Shown here: piece after piece, positions 19,517 to 30,400 of the stretch
How positions within the stretch are numbered: the first letter of the stretch is position 1
Layout: each line of letters begins with the position of its first letter
NCBI GenBank assembly: GCA_963740085.1
Contig: CAVUCU010000004.1
Location: forward strand, 512,001-576,000
DNA: 64,000 nucleotides
From: Nitrospirota bacterium
GTDB lineage: Bacteria; Nitrospirota; UBA9217
Direction: 5' to 3'
Program-made: the position numbers and the translations under genes
The notes under the pieces: model-generated
What the model saw: the letters and a program-made list of their open reading frames with translations, nothing else
Told to the model about the DNA's origin: nothing
The model's database searches: none

Positions 19517-20747
19517 TCAACATCCCTTCCACCTTCAAGATATCGATCCGTGCGCTTCGGGTGAACAAAATGCGCTCCAGCCTTACCATGCTCGGCATCA
19601 TTATCGGTGTCGGCGCAGTTATTGCCATGGTCGCCGTCGGCGCAGGTGCGAGCCAGAAGATTGCCGCTCAGATATCGAGCATGGGGAGCAACCTCCTCAT
19701 TATTCTTCCGGGATCGACGTCTTCGGGAGGTGTCAGGATGGGAGCTGGTTCGCAGCCTACGCTTTCCCTGGCGGACGCTGATGCCATTGTCAAAGAGTGC
19801 CCGTCGGTGGCGGATGTCGCTCCCACATTGGGCGGCGTGGCTCAGATTGTGACCGGCCACATGAACTGGTCCACCGGCGTTAATGGGACGACGCCGGCGC
19901 TTCCTGAATGTGCGGGACTGGGACCTCCGATCCGGAAGGCCGTTCACCCAGCAGGACGTAAAGAGCGCGACCAAGGTGGCCTTGCTTGGCCAGACCGTAT
20001 CGTTTAATCTCTTCGGGGACCAGAACCCGGTGGGCCAGACGATCAGGATCAAGAACGTTCCCTTTACCGTTATCGGCGTGCTTGCGACCAAGGGCCAGTC
20101 CGCACAGAGGGCAGGACCAGGACGATACGATCCTCATCCCGGTCACCACGGCCCAGAAGAAACTATTCGGCACCCAGTTTCCCGGGCATGGTCAGGATCA
20201 TCCTCGTCAAGGCAAGGAGCGCACAGGATCTCTCGTTAGCTGAGCAGCAGATAACCGAGCTTTTAAAACAGCGGCACCATATCGGCCAGAAACAGGACAA
20301 TGATTTTACCGTTCGGAACCTTACCAGATGATGCAGGCCGCGCGAGCAATCTACCAAGGTGATGACGCTTCTGCTCGGGTGCAATTGCTTCGGTATCGCT
20401 TCTGGTTGGCGGGATCGGCATCATGAACATAATGCTCGTATCCGTGACCGAGCGTACGCGCGAGATCGGGATCCGCATGGCCATTGGTGCAAAAACCTGG
20501 GACATCCGGCTCCAGTTCATCATCGAAGCGCTTACACTTTCCCTGATAGGGGGCATCATCGGCATCATTGTAGGCGTATCAACGGCGATGATATCTCTCG
20601 TCCTTCTCCGGATGGCCTACGGTCGTATCGCCGCTCTCCATCTTGATGGCCTTCAGTTTTTCCGGCTTCATCGGCATCTTCTTCGGGTTCTATCCGGCCT
20701 ATAAAGCCTCGCTCCTGAATCCTATCGATGCGCTGCGGTATGAGTAG
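19513..20747 (+). pseudogene. MacB-type ABC permease, broken by about 7 single-base indels (probably sequencing error)
   Basis: Consecutive pieces in alternating frames: [60 protein letters not shown]. Removing a net 5 nt restores a 409-aa frame. Confidence 0.85.
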
Positions 20748-20840
20748 CCTCAGGGATCGCGCGATTTCCGCGGCTTGATGGAGTCGAAAGCGTTCTAACC
20801 ATAATTTACCCGTTCGATATGCCGTAACACAACAATTACA

Positions 20841-21257
20841 ATGCACACACTGAAGATAAAAAACATGCGCCTGCGAAAAATCTTGTACCTTAGTAGCGCT
20901 GTTGTCCTGCTGGTCGGTCTGAGCAGCTCCGTAGTTATCTATCGGGCAGCCATGAATGATGCGACCAGCGATTCGAGCTATGAATTCATTGGCGGATTTG
21001 TGTATCCGGCTGAGGGTGGAAATACAAAGAAATATGTCCATGATCTGCAGCTCTACGGCGGAAACGCGGCTGTGCTTGCGGATGAGTTCATGCGCTGGTT
21101 TACCGGGCTATGGCGGGGCGAGACTCTTGCGTATACCATTGGCTTCATCACGGTGTCACTCTCGCTTGTGCTATTCCTTATTGCCTGGAGAGCCCCATCC
21201 CGCAGCGCCGGCAGTCCTCCTGATGACGATCGGGTGGGACAGGATAGGGACCACTGA
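20841..21257 (+). CDS. Hypothetical membrane protein with two TM helices
   Basis: Two hydrophobic segments flank a soluble loop (KKYVHDLQLYGG...WFTGLWRG); alternative start at 20865. Confidence 0.7.
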   Translation: MHTLKIKNMRLRKILYLSSAVVLLVGLSSSVVIYRAAMNDATSDSSYEFIGGFVYPAEGGNTKKYVHDLQLYGGNAAVLADEFMRWFTGLWRGETLAYTIGFITVSLSLVLFLIAWRAPSRSAGSPPDDDRVGQDRDH

Positions 21258-21467
21258 CCAAAATTGCCCCCGGCATACCTACCGCCGGTATCACACCCGC
21301 TCGACGCGTCGGGTAGGAGTAGTTTTTCCTTACGGGAAAGGCCGATCTGTGGTATGATACCCGGCATAATAAAGCGCAAAATACACACATCAAGCTCTAT
21401 AATCGCAACGGCATATTTAACCTGTTTGACCCGCCTTCTGCGATGAGGAAACAAGGGAGATGAACAT

Positions 21468-22382
21468 ATGAAGGTTCTCAGGTCGTGCATCCTGGTTGTC
21501 GCGCTCATAGCGGGCGCATCGGGTTTGATTGGCTGCAATCAACGTGGCGATACACTTGCCCTGGTCACGGTGACGCCGGCTAATCAAGTCATGGCGAAGG
21601 ATACAACGCAGCAGTTTACGGCAAACGGGACGTTTACGAACGGCATGATCATTCTCTGGACGCAGGTCGTGACCTGGAGCTCATCCGATGAAAGTGTTGC
21701 AACGGTCAGCAATGTACCGGGATCAAACGGCCTCGTTTCTTCTCATGGTTACGGCACTGCGGTTATTACCGCCTTCGACGCGGCAAATAATATCTCCGGG
21801 ACCGCCATCCTCACGGTCAGCGATCCGTACTCAGTTTCGATTTTCCCGACTAACCCCTATATGCCTGTCGGGGCATCACACCAGTTCTCAGCGATAGCAT
21901 TATTTTCCGGCGGGACAGTTACGCAGGTCATAACATCGTCTGCAACGTGGAATGCATTATCTCCCGGGATAGCGACGATTGCCAATACACCTGGAGTGGC
22001 CGGCAATGGTTTTGTAACCGCAGGTCCCGTTTCAGGAACTACAGACATCCAGGCAACAGACCCGGTAAGCGGCGCCACCGGAACAACCACGATCACGGTC
22101 ACGAGTACCCCGATAGTGGCCCTCACGGTAAGTCCTGTCACTCCGATCATCTCGCTGAGTACCGCGACGACGCAGCAGTTCACCGCGATAGGAACGTTTC
22201 AGGACGGTACGACAACTCCAGCGCTGGCGACAACATGGGCCTGGAGTTCATCGAATACCGCGGTCGCAACGATCGACTACTATACCGGTCTTGCCACGGC
22301 GGTCGCTCCAGGAGCTGTCACTATTACGGCAACAGACCCGATAACAGGTGTAGCGGGAAACACGACATTGACTTTGCAATAA
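21468..22382 (+). CDS. Lipoprotein with three bacterial Ig-like (Big_2) domains
   Basis: Lipobox LIGC; three repeats of VTP...QQFTAxG.F..G.....TWSSS...VAT; Thr-rich. Confidence 0.88.
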   Translation: MKVLRSCILVVALIAGASGLIGCNQRGDTLALVTVTPANQVMAKDTTQQFTANGTFTNGMIILWTQVVTWSSSDESVATVSNVPGSNGLVSSHGYGTAVITAFDAANNISGTAILTVSDPYSVSIFPTNPYMPVGASHQFSAIALFSGGTVTQVITSSATWNALSPGIATIANTPGVAGNGFVTAGPVSGTTDIQATDPVSGATGTTTITVTSTPIVALTVSPVTPIISLSTATTQQFTAIGTFQDGTTTPALATTWAWSSSNTAVATIDYYTGLATAVAPGAVTITATDPITGVAGNTTLTLQ

Positions 22383-22394
22383 TAGCGTACCGTG

Positions 22395-22426
22395 AGAGGG
22401 TCGGTTCTTAGACCGGTCCTCTTGTT
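22395..22426 (+). terminator. Hairpin after the Ig-domain gene, probable terminator
   Basis: agagggtcggt-tcttag-accggtcctct followed by tgtt. Confidence 0.5.
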
Positions 22427-22582
22427 ACGATGCGTTAAGAACAGGTGAGACCAAACTGTTCGACCTCACAAGAAGATGCAATCTTGCCTTTTACCCTTGC
22501 GCGATTGTTCATGGCAGGCTCTCCGGACCCCTCAAAATCGACATGGTAAGGCGCCGTGACCTTATTGGGTTTTGGCCCGCTA

Positions 22583-24481
22583 CTAAATTGCTACCATTAG
22601 GTCATATTTTTTCATGGAGCTTTTCTGGACCGCCGCGATCAACTTGAAAGAAGACTTCAGCATTGCCCTCTCCAGCTCAGCGAGGTCCTGTGGATCGATA
22701 TAATTGTCCGGCTCCCGGCAGTTCTGGATCTGCTGGTACTGGTGCCTGAGCCTCATTGACATGAGAAACTCAAAGGCAAGTTCGAGCTCACCGGTGAAGG
22801 GACCCACGATACAGCTGCGGTCCTTCAGTTCCGAGAGCCGCTCCACCGTGGAGGTATGGTACACTTTTGCCTCCAGTGCGGAGAGCCGTGAGGCATCGAT
22901 GATAGGGCCAAGACCGTTGATCTTGATATTGAACTTTCCTTTGTTGGCACCGCTGTTTTCAAGTTTGAATTTCCCCAGGAAATTGACCGGCGGCCTGTTC
23001 TTGACCATGGCTCCGGCCATGTGCGCAAGGAACAGGGTCTTGTCCTTGATCTCATGGCCCAGAAAAGCCCTGAGCCGTTCCGCAAGCAGCGAATCGCCGT
23101 GCACGGACCGGAAGTCGAAGAGAATAAGAGACCGGAGGACTGCCTCGGGCGTGGGGATGTTGATCCAGTCTGAGAAATACCTTTTCCAGACGCTGAGCGG
23201 CTGGCACCACGCCGGATTGCTCGCCATATAGTCCGCGCTGCACGGGGGAAACCCGCACCGCGCCAGGGCATCCTTCATCCGGACTGCGAATTCTGCAAAA
23301 TATTCAGCAGCGTCACCGCCCCGGTCGACCGTATCCTCGTAGATGATGGCGTTGTCCTGGTCCGTCTTGAAGGTCTGTTCCTTTCTCCCCTCGCTCCCGA
23401 AGACGATCCAGCAGTAGCCGACAGGCGGAGGCCCCATCCGGGATTCGGTGATCTTGAGTACCTTTTGTACAAGCCTGTCGTTGATCTCGGTGATGATCCT
23501 GGTTATCGTGCTTGCCTTTGCGCCTTCCTTGATGAGAATGGTGATGGTACGATTGATCTTCGTCGAGGCAGGAACGAGCCCATCGAGCGTGTCCTGGCTC
23601 TCGATCTCCCGCGCAAGGGAAAGGGGCGACGCCCCTTGCAGCATCATAAGGTCGTGGCTGGACAGTATCCCTTTAAGCTCTCCCTTGCCGACCACAAGCA
23701 GGTGGTGAATATTGTACCGCATCATTTTCAGGAGCGCCTCAAAGCAGTGGTCCCGCTCTTCCGCCTTGATGAGGACTATGCTCATGATATCGCCTACTCG
23801 CCCGTCAATATCCCTGCCCCGGGAGACGACCTTGCTTCTGAGGTCCCGGTCAGTGACCATTCCGGACGGCGATCCGTTTTCATCGAGCAGGATCAGGGAA
23901 CCGATGCCGTTCTCATCCATGATCTCCGCTGCCTCGCGGATGGATACGTTTTCCGATGCAGTGATCACCTCCCGGCTGGCAAGGTCGCACAGGACGTTCG
24001 TGAACAGGAGCTTGTCCCCGCCACCGTACAACAGCGTCCGTTCGTGCATCTCCTTGTAGGCCATATGCATAAGCCGTTTCAGCAGCGCACGCAGGCAGAA
24101 TTCTGAGAATTGCGCATTCGTTTTCAGCAGACCGAGAACAGTTTTCCGCGGAATCCGGTAACATGAGGTGTCTTCTGCGGCAACGATCGTGTCCAGTGAA
24201 ATGTCGCCGAACAAAAAGGACCGCATTCCGAAGAATTCCCCCGGGGTCCGGGTGTCGACCAGCACCTGTTCATCTTCATTCGTTCTGACGTATACCCGTA
24301 CCGCGCCGCTTATAATGAGAATGAGGTGCTCTGCTGCAGGCCCGTTCTGGTGGAGGATGACCTGACCTGCGGGATAGAAAGCGGGCGACAAATCCTTGAC
24401 GATTCCGGAGAGGACTGTTTCTTCAACGAAGCTGAAGGGCGGTGTTTGCCTGAGAAACGTGAATGCATTGTCTTTTGTCAT
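22583..24481 (-). CDS. cNMP-binding / CBS-pair / DUF294 putative nucleotidyltransferase
   Basis: N-terminal cNMP domain (PPFS, GEFFG), CBS pair (GMVTDRDLR, IHHLLVV), NTase motif GSEGRKEQTFKTDQDNAII, FDFR, FNIK. Confidence 0.92.
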   Translation of the reverse strand: MTKDNAFTFLRQTPPFSFVEETVLSGIVKDLSPAFYPAGQVILHQNGPAAEHLILIISGAVRVYVRTNEDEQVLVDTRTPGEFFGMRSFLFGDISLDTIVAAEDTSCYRIPRKTVLGLLKTNAQFSEFCLRALLKRLMHMAYKEMHERTLLYGGGDKLLFTNVLCDLASREVITASENVSIREAAEIMDENGIGSLILLDENGSPSGMVTDRDLRSKVVSRGRDIDGRVGDIMSIVLIKAEERDHCFEALLKMMRYNIHHLLVVGKGELKGILSSHDLMMLQGASPLSLAREIESQDTLDGLVPASTKINRTITILIKEGAKASTITRIITEINDRLVQKVLKITESRMGPPPVGYCWIVFGSEGRKEQTFKTDQDNAIIYEDTVDRGGDAAEYFAEFAVRMKDALARCGFPPCSADYMASNPAWCQPLSVWKRYFSDWINIPTPEAVLRSLILFDFRSVHGDSLLAERLRAFLGHEIKDKTLFLAHMAGAMVKNRPPVNFLGKFKLENSGANKGKFNIKINGLGPIIDASRLSALEAKVYHTSTVERLSELKDRSCIVGPFTGELELAFEFLMSMRLRHQYQQIQNCREPDNYIDPQDLAELERAMLKSSFKLIAAVQKSSMKKYDLMVAI

Positions 24482-24518
24482 GGCACAGCTCCGGGACCTG
24501 CCCCGCGAACGATCCCCG

Positions 24519-24887
24519 TCACCTTGGTTTATCGAGGGCCTTTCTGACGGCCCTCTTCATCTCGTCATGCATCAGTGGCTTTACGAGAAAATCGCATGCG
24601 CCGGCTTTGATGGATTCCATTGCCGTGGTCAGAGAGGCATAGGCCGTGATGACCATCACTTTCTGCTTGGGATTTGTCCTGCAGTATTTTGTCAGGAGTT
24701 CAATGCCACTGATGCCGGGAAGGATGATGTCAGTAATGATGAGGTCGTAGCATCGGTGATCGAGAAGGGTGAAAGCGGATTCGGCACTGTCGGCGATATC
24801 CACCTCATAGCCCTCGCGCTGTAAGATCCTCTGCAATGACTTGCAGAGCGTATCCTCGTCTTCGACTAAAAGCAATCTCTCAGCCAC
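24519..24887 (-). CDS. Stand-alone response regulator receiver
   Basis: LLLVEDE, DLIITDIILPG, VITAY, FLVKP; GTG at 24887 after GGAGG. Confidence 0.88.
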   Translation of the reverse strand: MAERLLLVEDEDTLCKSLQRILQREGYEVDIADSAESAFTLLDHRCYDLIITDIILPGISGIELLTKYCRTNPKQKVMVITAYASLTTAMESIKAGACDFLVKPLMHDEMKRAVRKALDKPR

Positions 24888-25183
24888 TTTGCCCCTCCAG
24901 AAGATCTTGGCCTGCTCTGCTTGAGGTGTTACTGAAAGTATCGCGAAAAGTATCTGTGAACTATGACTTTCTTCTCGTGCATAGTATACCATTTCAGTTT
25001 GCCCATTTCGACCTTAATCGGTAAATGTTGCCGTATTTCGATGGATGGTTTACAAACGGGAATTGATATATGAAGGTCAGTAGATAAATGCTTTTTCTGA
25101 GTACGTAACTTCGTTGAGATAACCCTATGGACCTTAGTTTTTCTCGACAAAACCTTCAAAATATTCTAATATTGTCCATTCCC

Positions 25184-27711
25184 ATGGATGATCTCAAGAC
25201 AATTCTCGACCGGATCAAAAAACCACTCTCGTTCGCTGCGCGGGACGATTTTGCCCATATCAAAAGTCTGGCGGCAATGGATGCTTTTATCCAGTCCCAG
25301 GTCGAAGATCTGAAACGAATCGCGAAAGACCGTCACGAGATATCGGAGATAAAGGATCTCTTTGCTGGATTCGATGCTCTGTCCCTGGACAAGAAAAAAG
25401 AGCGGATAATCAAGGCAGTGGCGGTGATCGACGCATTTGCGCAAAATGCAGAGACACCCAATGGAGACAAGACCTCAGTTGACATTCCCCCCAACCCCAC
25501 GATAGAAACATTCGATGCCCGGTCCGGTCCTCTCCCTCCAGAGAAGAGTGTATTGAGAGTTCCCCCTTTATCTGCGGGTGTGGAGCAAAAGGAGACAAGT
25601 CCGGTTCTTCTTCGGCTCGATGCCCCCATCCAATACTGCAAAGGCATCGGCCCCAAGCGGGCTGAACTGCTCCAGAAACTCGGCATCACGACGATCGACG
25701 ACGCACTCACCTATCTTCCCTGGCGCTATGAGGACAGGGGAAATCTCAAAAAGATCGGCAGGCTCACCTATGGTTCTTTTGAGACGGTGACCGGCGAAGT
25801 GGTCTCTGCCGAGGTGGTCCAGACCAGGCGGCAGCGCGTAAAGGTCTTCGAGCTGCTGATCACGGACAAGAGCGGGATGCTCGTGGGTTCATGGTACAAC
25901 CAGCCGTTCATGAAAAAGATGTTCAGGCCGGGCCAAAGGGTAATTCTCTCGGGTGTTGTGAAGGCGAATTCCTACCGGAGCGGTCTGCCGCAGATGGACA
26001 ACCCGGAGTATGAGATCATGGGTGAGGACGAGGCCGACGACATGATCCACGCCGGCAGGATCGTCCCGATCTACCGTGCCACAGCCGGTTTGTCGGTCCG
26101 CGCGATCCGATCGATGATGAAGACCATCCTCGATTCCTGCGCCGGGTCGGTGCGGGAGGCTTTACCCGACTTCCTTGTGCAGAAATATTCTCTCATGCCT
26201 TCTCTTGAAGCATTGTCCGAAGCGCACTTCCCCACGAAAGAAAAGAACATTGTTGTCCTGAACCGCGGCACGAGTGCGGCGCACCGGCGCTTAAGCTTCG
26301 AGGAACTGTTCTCGCTCGAGCTGGGCCTCGCCCTCAGGAAGCGGGGAGTGATCGTTGAAAAGAAGGGGATATCGTTCAAATCGCTCACTCGGTTCGAGAC
26401 TGCGCTGAGAAGGGAGCTTCCCTACAAACTGACGGCTGCCCAGGAGCGGGTGACACTCGAGATCAAAAAAGACATGACTTCGGCCCGGCCCATGAACAGG
26501 CTGGTGCAGGGTGATGTAGGCTGCGGCAAGACCGTGGTCGCTTTGATCGCTTCACTCATGGCGGTGGAGAATGGGTATCAGGCATGCATCATGGCGCCGA
26601 CAGAGATCCTGGCCGAACAGCACTTTAAGAACATCACGGACATGGCGTCGTTGCTCGGGATCACGGTCCGCTCTCTCAAGGGCCGCATGAAGAAGAAGGA
26701 GAAGGAAACACTTATTGGTGAGATCGGGTCCGGCGCGGCGCAGATCGTGGTCGGCACCCACGCCCTGATCGAGCAGAACGTGAAATTCGACCGCCTGGGC
26801 CTTGCGATCATCGACGAACAACACCGCTTCGGCGTGATGCAGCGCTCCACGCTCACCTCCAAGGGATATGAGCCGGACGTTCTGGTCATGACCGCAACGC
26901 CGATACCGCGCACGCTTGCGCTCACGGTCTACGGCGATCTCGACGTATCCGTGATCGACGAAATGCCGCCGGGCAGGAGACCGGTCATTACCCGTCTCTA
27001 CTTCGAGAACCGAAGGAGAGAAGCGTACCAGTTCATTGAAAGCGAGCTTAAGAAGGGACGGCAGGTGTATGTGGTGTATCCGCTTGTTGAGGAGACGGAG
27101 AAGAGCGACCTGAAGGCGGCGACCGAGATGGCGGCCCACCTCCAGGCGGACATCTTCACGGACTGGAAGGTCGGGCTTCTGCACGGCAGAATGAAGGGCG
27201 ACGAGAAAGAAGCGGTCATGGCGTCCTTTAAGGGGGAGAGATCCAAATCCTGGTCTCGACCACGGTGATCGAGGTCGGCGTGGACGTGCCGAACGCCGCG
27301 ATCATGGTGATCGAACACCCCGAACGGTTCGGCCTGGCGCAGCTCCATCAGCTTCGCGGTCGGGTCGGCAGGGGTGAACAACAATCCTATTGCATTCTCA
27401 TGGGACCCAGGATGTTCGCGGAAGAAGCACGTGAGCGGTTGAATGCTTTCAGTCGAACGAATGACGGTTTCATGATCGCCGAAGAAGATCTGCGGCTGCG
27501 CGGCCCCGGCGAGTTCTTCGGCACGCGCCAGTCCGGTCTGCCGGACCTGCGCGCGGCGAACATCATTCGGGATGCGGACCTTCTCGAAATCGCCAGGAAA
27601 GAGGCATTCGACCTGATCCGGCAGGACCCGGCGCTCGCACAGTATCCGCGGCTTCGCGATCTGCTGAAGCGGAAGTGGCAGGGCAGGCTCGGACTGATAT
27701 CCGTAGGTTGA
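25184..27711 (+). CDS. recG: ATP-dependent DNA helicase RecG, with one apparent -1 indel near 27232-27236
   Basis: [53 protein letters not shown], then in the next frame [35 protein letters not shown]. One extra G in the G5 run rejoins [17 protein letters not shown]. Confidence 0.93.
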
Positions 27712-27946
27712 TATTTCAAGTGTATTCTGATAGAGTAGCATCGAAAAAGGATCATGGTCAATGAGCAGGGGTATAAATTGTTTGGATGGCGGTAACGGTG
27801 TCGAAGCCCGTATCGTCACTCGGTCATCGGTAAAGAAAAAGACGAATAATGTACTCGAATTCCGAAACGGGCATCGCCTGCCCCCGCGTTTTCGCAAGAG
27901 CACGGGGTTACCTTTGCTGGGGTCCTGAGCATTATAAGGAGTTATC

Positions 27947-28315
27947 ATGACGATTTGGGAAAAGGCGGTATTGAACATGCAACGGGGAGCCCTGAGGATA
28001 TCCGTCGCCGCTGTTCTGTTTTCCGAGCGGGTACGGGCTGAGATCAACATCGTTCAACTGCGTATCAGGATCAACGAGGTCCAGGCCAGGATCAATGAAC
28101 TGTACCAAATCATCGGCCGCAAGGTGGTTAACCTCTCCACGGGTGATGCGCTGCCAAAAACGAGTGAACAATTGGTCCAAAACGAGGATATCTCCGTTGC
28201 AATCCAGGAACTTGCCGATCGTAAACAGGAGATCGAAGAGTTGAATGACAAGATCAAGAGCGAACAAAACCCGTTCAAGACTGCTCCGAAGCGTAAGGAG
28301 GACGCCATCATATGA
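27947..28315 (+). CDS. Hypothetical coiled-coil protein
   Basis: RBS AAGGAG; heptad-like helical sequence; ATGA overlap with pilD. Confidence 0.75.
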   Translation: MTIWEKAVLNMQRGALRISVAAVLFSERVRAEINIVQLRIRINEVQARINELYQIIGRKVVNLSTGDALPKTSEQLVQNEDISVAIQELADRKQEIEELNDKIKSEQNPFKTAPKRKEDAII

Positions 28316-29139
28316 TCAGTGCGGTTGCGTTTGCCTTTGGTCTTGTCGTTGGAAGCTTTCTGAACGTCTGCATCGTGCGCCTTCCCCGCGGCGGTTCCAT
28401 CGTCACCCCGCCTTCCCATTGCCCGCGTTGTCAAAGTGGAATACGATTCTATGATAATATACCGCTTATCAGTTTTCTTCTCCTGGGAGGAAAATGCAGA
28501 AATTGCGGAGAACCCATTTCCTGGCAATATCCGCTTGTCGAGCTTACGAACGCGCTGTTCGCTGTCTGGATCGTCAGTACGTTCGGGATCGGAGGAGAGG
28601 CGTTCCTTTTGATGGCACTCTGCTCAGCCTTGATCGTCATCACGGTTATTGACTACGACCACATGATCATTCCCGACGTCATCACCCTTCCGGGGATGCT
28701 CGTGGGGCTTTCACTCGCGCCGTTCTTCATGTCTCCGCTCGGCGACCCGCTGCCGTTCCACCTCGAGAGCCTTCTTCCCCACGCGGGGCCGTACCTGACG
28801 GGGTTCCTGAATTCCCTCATCGGCCTGCTCCTCGGCGGCGGCCCGCTCCTTGCCATCGGATGGATTTGGGAGAAGCTTCGGCACGTCGAGGCCATGGGCG
28901 GCGGGGATGTGAAGCTCATGGGCATGGTGGGGAGTTTCCTTGGATGGAAGGGAGCTCTCCTTACCATCATGCTCGGCGCCCTGACCGGCTCCGTGGCCGG
29001 TGTTTTGCTGATCGTTCTGAAAAGACATAAAATGGGGAAGCTCATTCCTTTCGGACCGTTCCTTGCAGTCGGAGCGGTAGCAAGCGCTTTCTTCGGCCCT
29101 GATATCATTGCCTGGTATGTCGGACTGATCCGTATATGA
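28312..29139 (+). CDS. pilD: Type IV prepilin peptidase/methyltransferase
   Basis: GSFLNVCIVRLP, SHCPRC, GKCRNC, MGGGDVKL, IPFGPFL. Confidence 0.95.
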   Translation: MISAVAFAFGLVVGSFLNVCIVRLPRGGSIVTPPSHCPRCQSGIRFYDNIPLISFLLLGGKCRNCGEPISWQYPLVELTNALFAVWIVSTFGIGGEAFLLMALCSALIVITVIDYDHMIIPDVITLPGMLVGLSLAPFFMSPLGDPLPFHLESLLPHAGPYLTGFLNSLIGLLLGGGPLLAIGWIWEKLRHVEAMGGGDVKLMGMVGSFLGWKGALLTIMLGALTGSVAGVLLIVLKRHKMGKLIPFGPFLAVGAVASAFFGPDIIAWYVGLIRI

Positions 29140-30395
29140 CGGTTCATCCTTTTTTCATACTGCTGCCCGGTGTTATTATCGTAGCGCTCGCAGCGATCAT
29201 CTTATGGGGTATTGCGCGGCGGTACCGCCGAAAACTCGGCATGCAGACCGACGAGCGCGAGAAGAGCACCAACACCTCTTTTATCATCAACGCCTTTCAG
29301 GAAGTGACCAAACAGCTCAAAGAGAAGGAGAATGAGCTGAAACGGCTCAGGGCCCTTGCGGAACAGCGCGCAGAGAACGTTGAGACCTATAACGAAAACA
29401 TCCTCCAGTGTGTTACGAACGGAGTAATGACGTTCGATAAGGACGGTCATCTTACCACGATCAACCGCGCCGCTCTTGAAATGCTCTGTTTGCACCGGGA
29501 ACAGGCCGTCGGGAGGACATCTCAGGAGTTGTTCGGAGACAGCGAGATAGCGAGGAGGGTACACGATACGCTTGAAAAAAGAATTCCGTCAGCGCGGATG
29601 GAGACGATGCTTGAACGACCTGGCGGTAAGATCTGGCTCGGTTACAATACTGCCGTGCTCACTGACCGGCAGGCTGCCGCTCTCGGTGTTATCGTTTCCT
29701 TCTCGGACCTTACGGAGGTTAAGCGGCTCCAGGAACAGGTTGAGCTTCGGGAACGACTGACCGCACTCGGTGAGATGTCGGCAGGTATCGCGCATGAACT
29801 CAGAAACCCCATGGCGGTCATGTCGGGGTACCTCAAGCTGCTCTCAAAAAAAAGCGATCCAACAGATCAGGAAACGATCCTGAGCATCACAAAAGAGATC
29901 AACGGCATGAACCGGATCATCGGCGACCTGCTGACCTTCGCGCGCCCGGCAGCGCTTAACCGGGTCAAGGTCAGTGTCAAGGAAATGATCACAAGCTGTC
30001 TGGCTGCCGTTCTGCAGGCCAAGGGCGAAAATTCCCGGATCGAGACAGTGTTGAAACTCACGGATGCCGAGGTCACTGTTGATGAATTCCTGATGCGGCA
30101 GGCGTTTACCAATCTTCTTCAGAACGCGGTCGAGGCCATGCCGGACGGCGGTACACTTACCATCGAGGCGCAGACGAACCGTGACCTCAAGATCGCGGTT
30201 CGCGATACGGGCATAGGTATACCTTCTGACAAAGTGAAAAAGATATTCCTTCCCTTTTTCACCTTGAAAGATACGGGTGTGGGCATGGGGCTCGCCCTTG
30301 TACATAAGATCGTAACCTCCCATGGCGGCAGAGTAGATGTGGCGAGTACGACGGGAAAAGGAACGGCATTCAGCATCATTCTCCCCCTACGGTAA
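29136..30395 (+). CDS. PAS-domain sensor histidine kinase (NtrB/PilS-like)
   Basis: N-terminal TM, PAS domain, GIAHELRNP, NLLQNAVEAM, DTGIGI, FFT, GVGMGL. Confidence 0.92.
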   Translation: MTVHPFFILLPGVIIVALAAIILWGIARRYRRKLGMQTDEREKSTNTSFIINAFQEVTKQLKEKENELKRLRALAEQRAENVETYNENILQCVTNGVMTFDKDGHLTTINRAALEMLCLHREQAVGRTSQELFGDSEIARRVHDTLEKRIPSARMETMLERPGGKIWLGYNTAVLTDRQAAALGVIVSFSDLTEVKRLQEQVELRERLTALGEMSAGIAHELRNPMAVMSGYLKLLSKKSDPTDQETILSITKEINGMNRIIGDLLTFARPAALNRVKVSVKEMITSCLAAVLQAKGENSRIETVLKLTDAEVTVDEFLMRQAFTNLLQNAVEAMPDGGTLTIEAQTNRDLKIAVRDTGIGIPSDKVKKIFLPFFTLKDTGVGMGLALVHKIVTSHGGRVDVASTTGKGTAFSIILPLR

Positions 30396-30400
30396 ATTAC

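Noticed and set aside
27780-27930. Hairpins upstream of the pilD operon as a riboswitch
   Set aside because: Short stems (gcccgt/acgggc, ccccg/cgggg) without any aptamer consensus I recognise.
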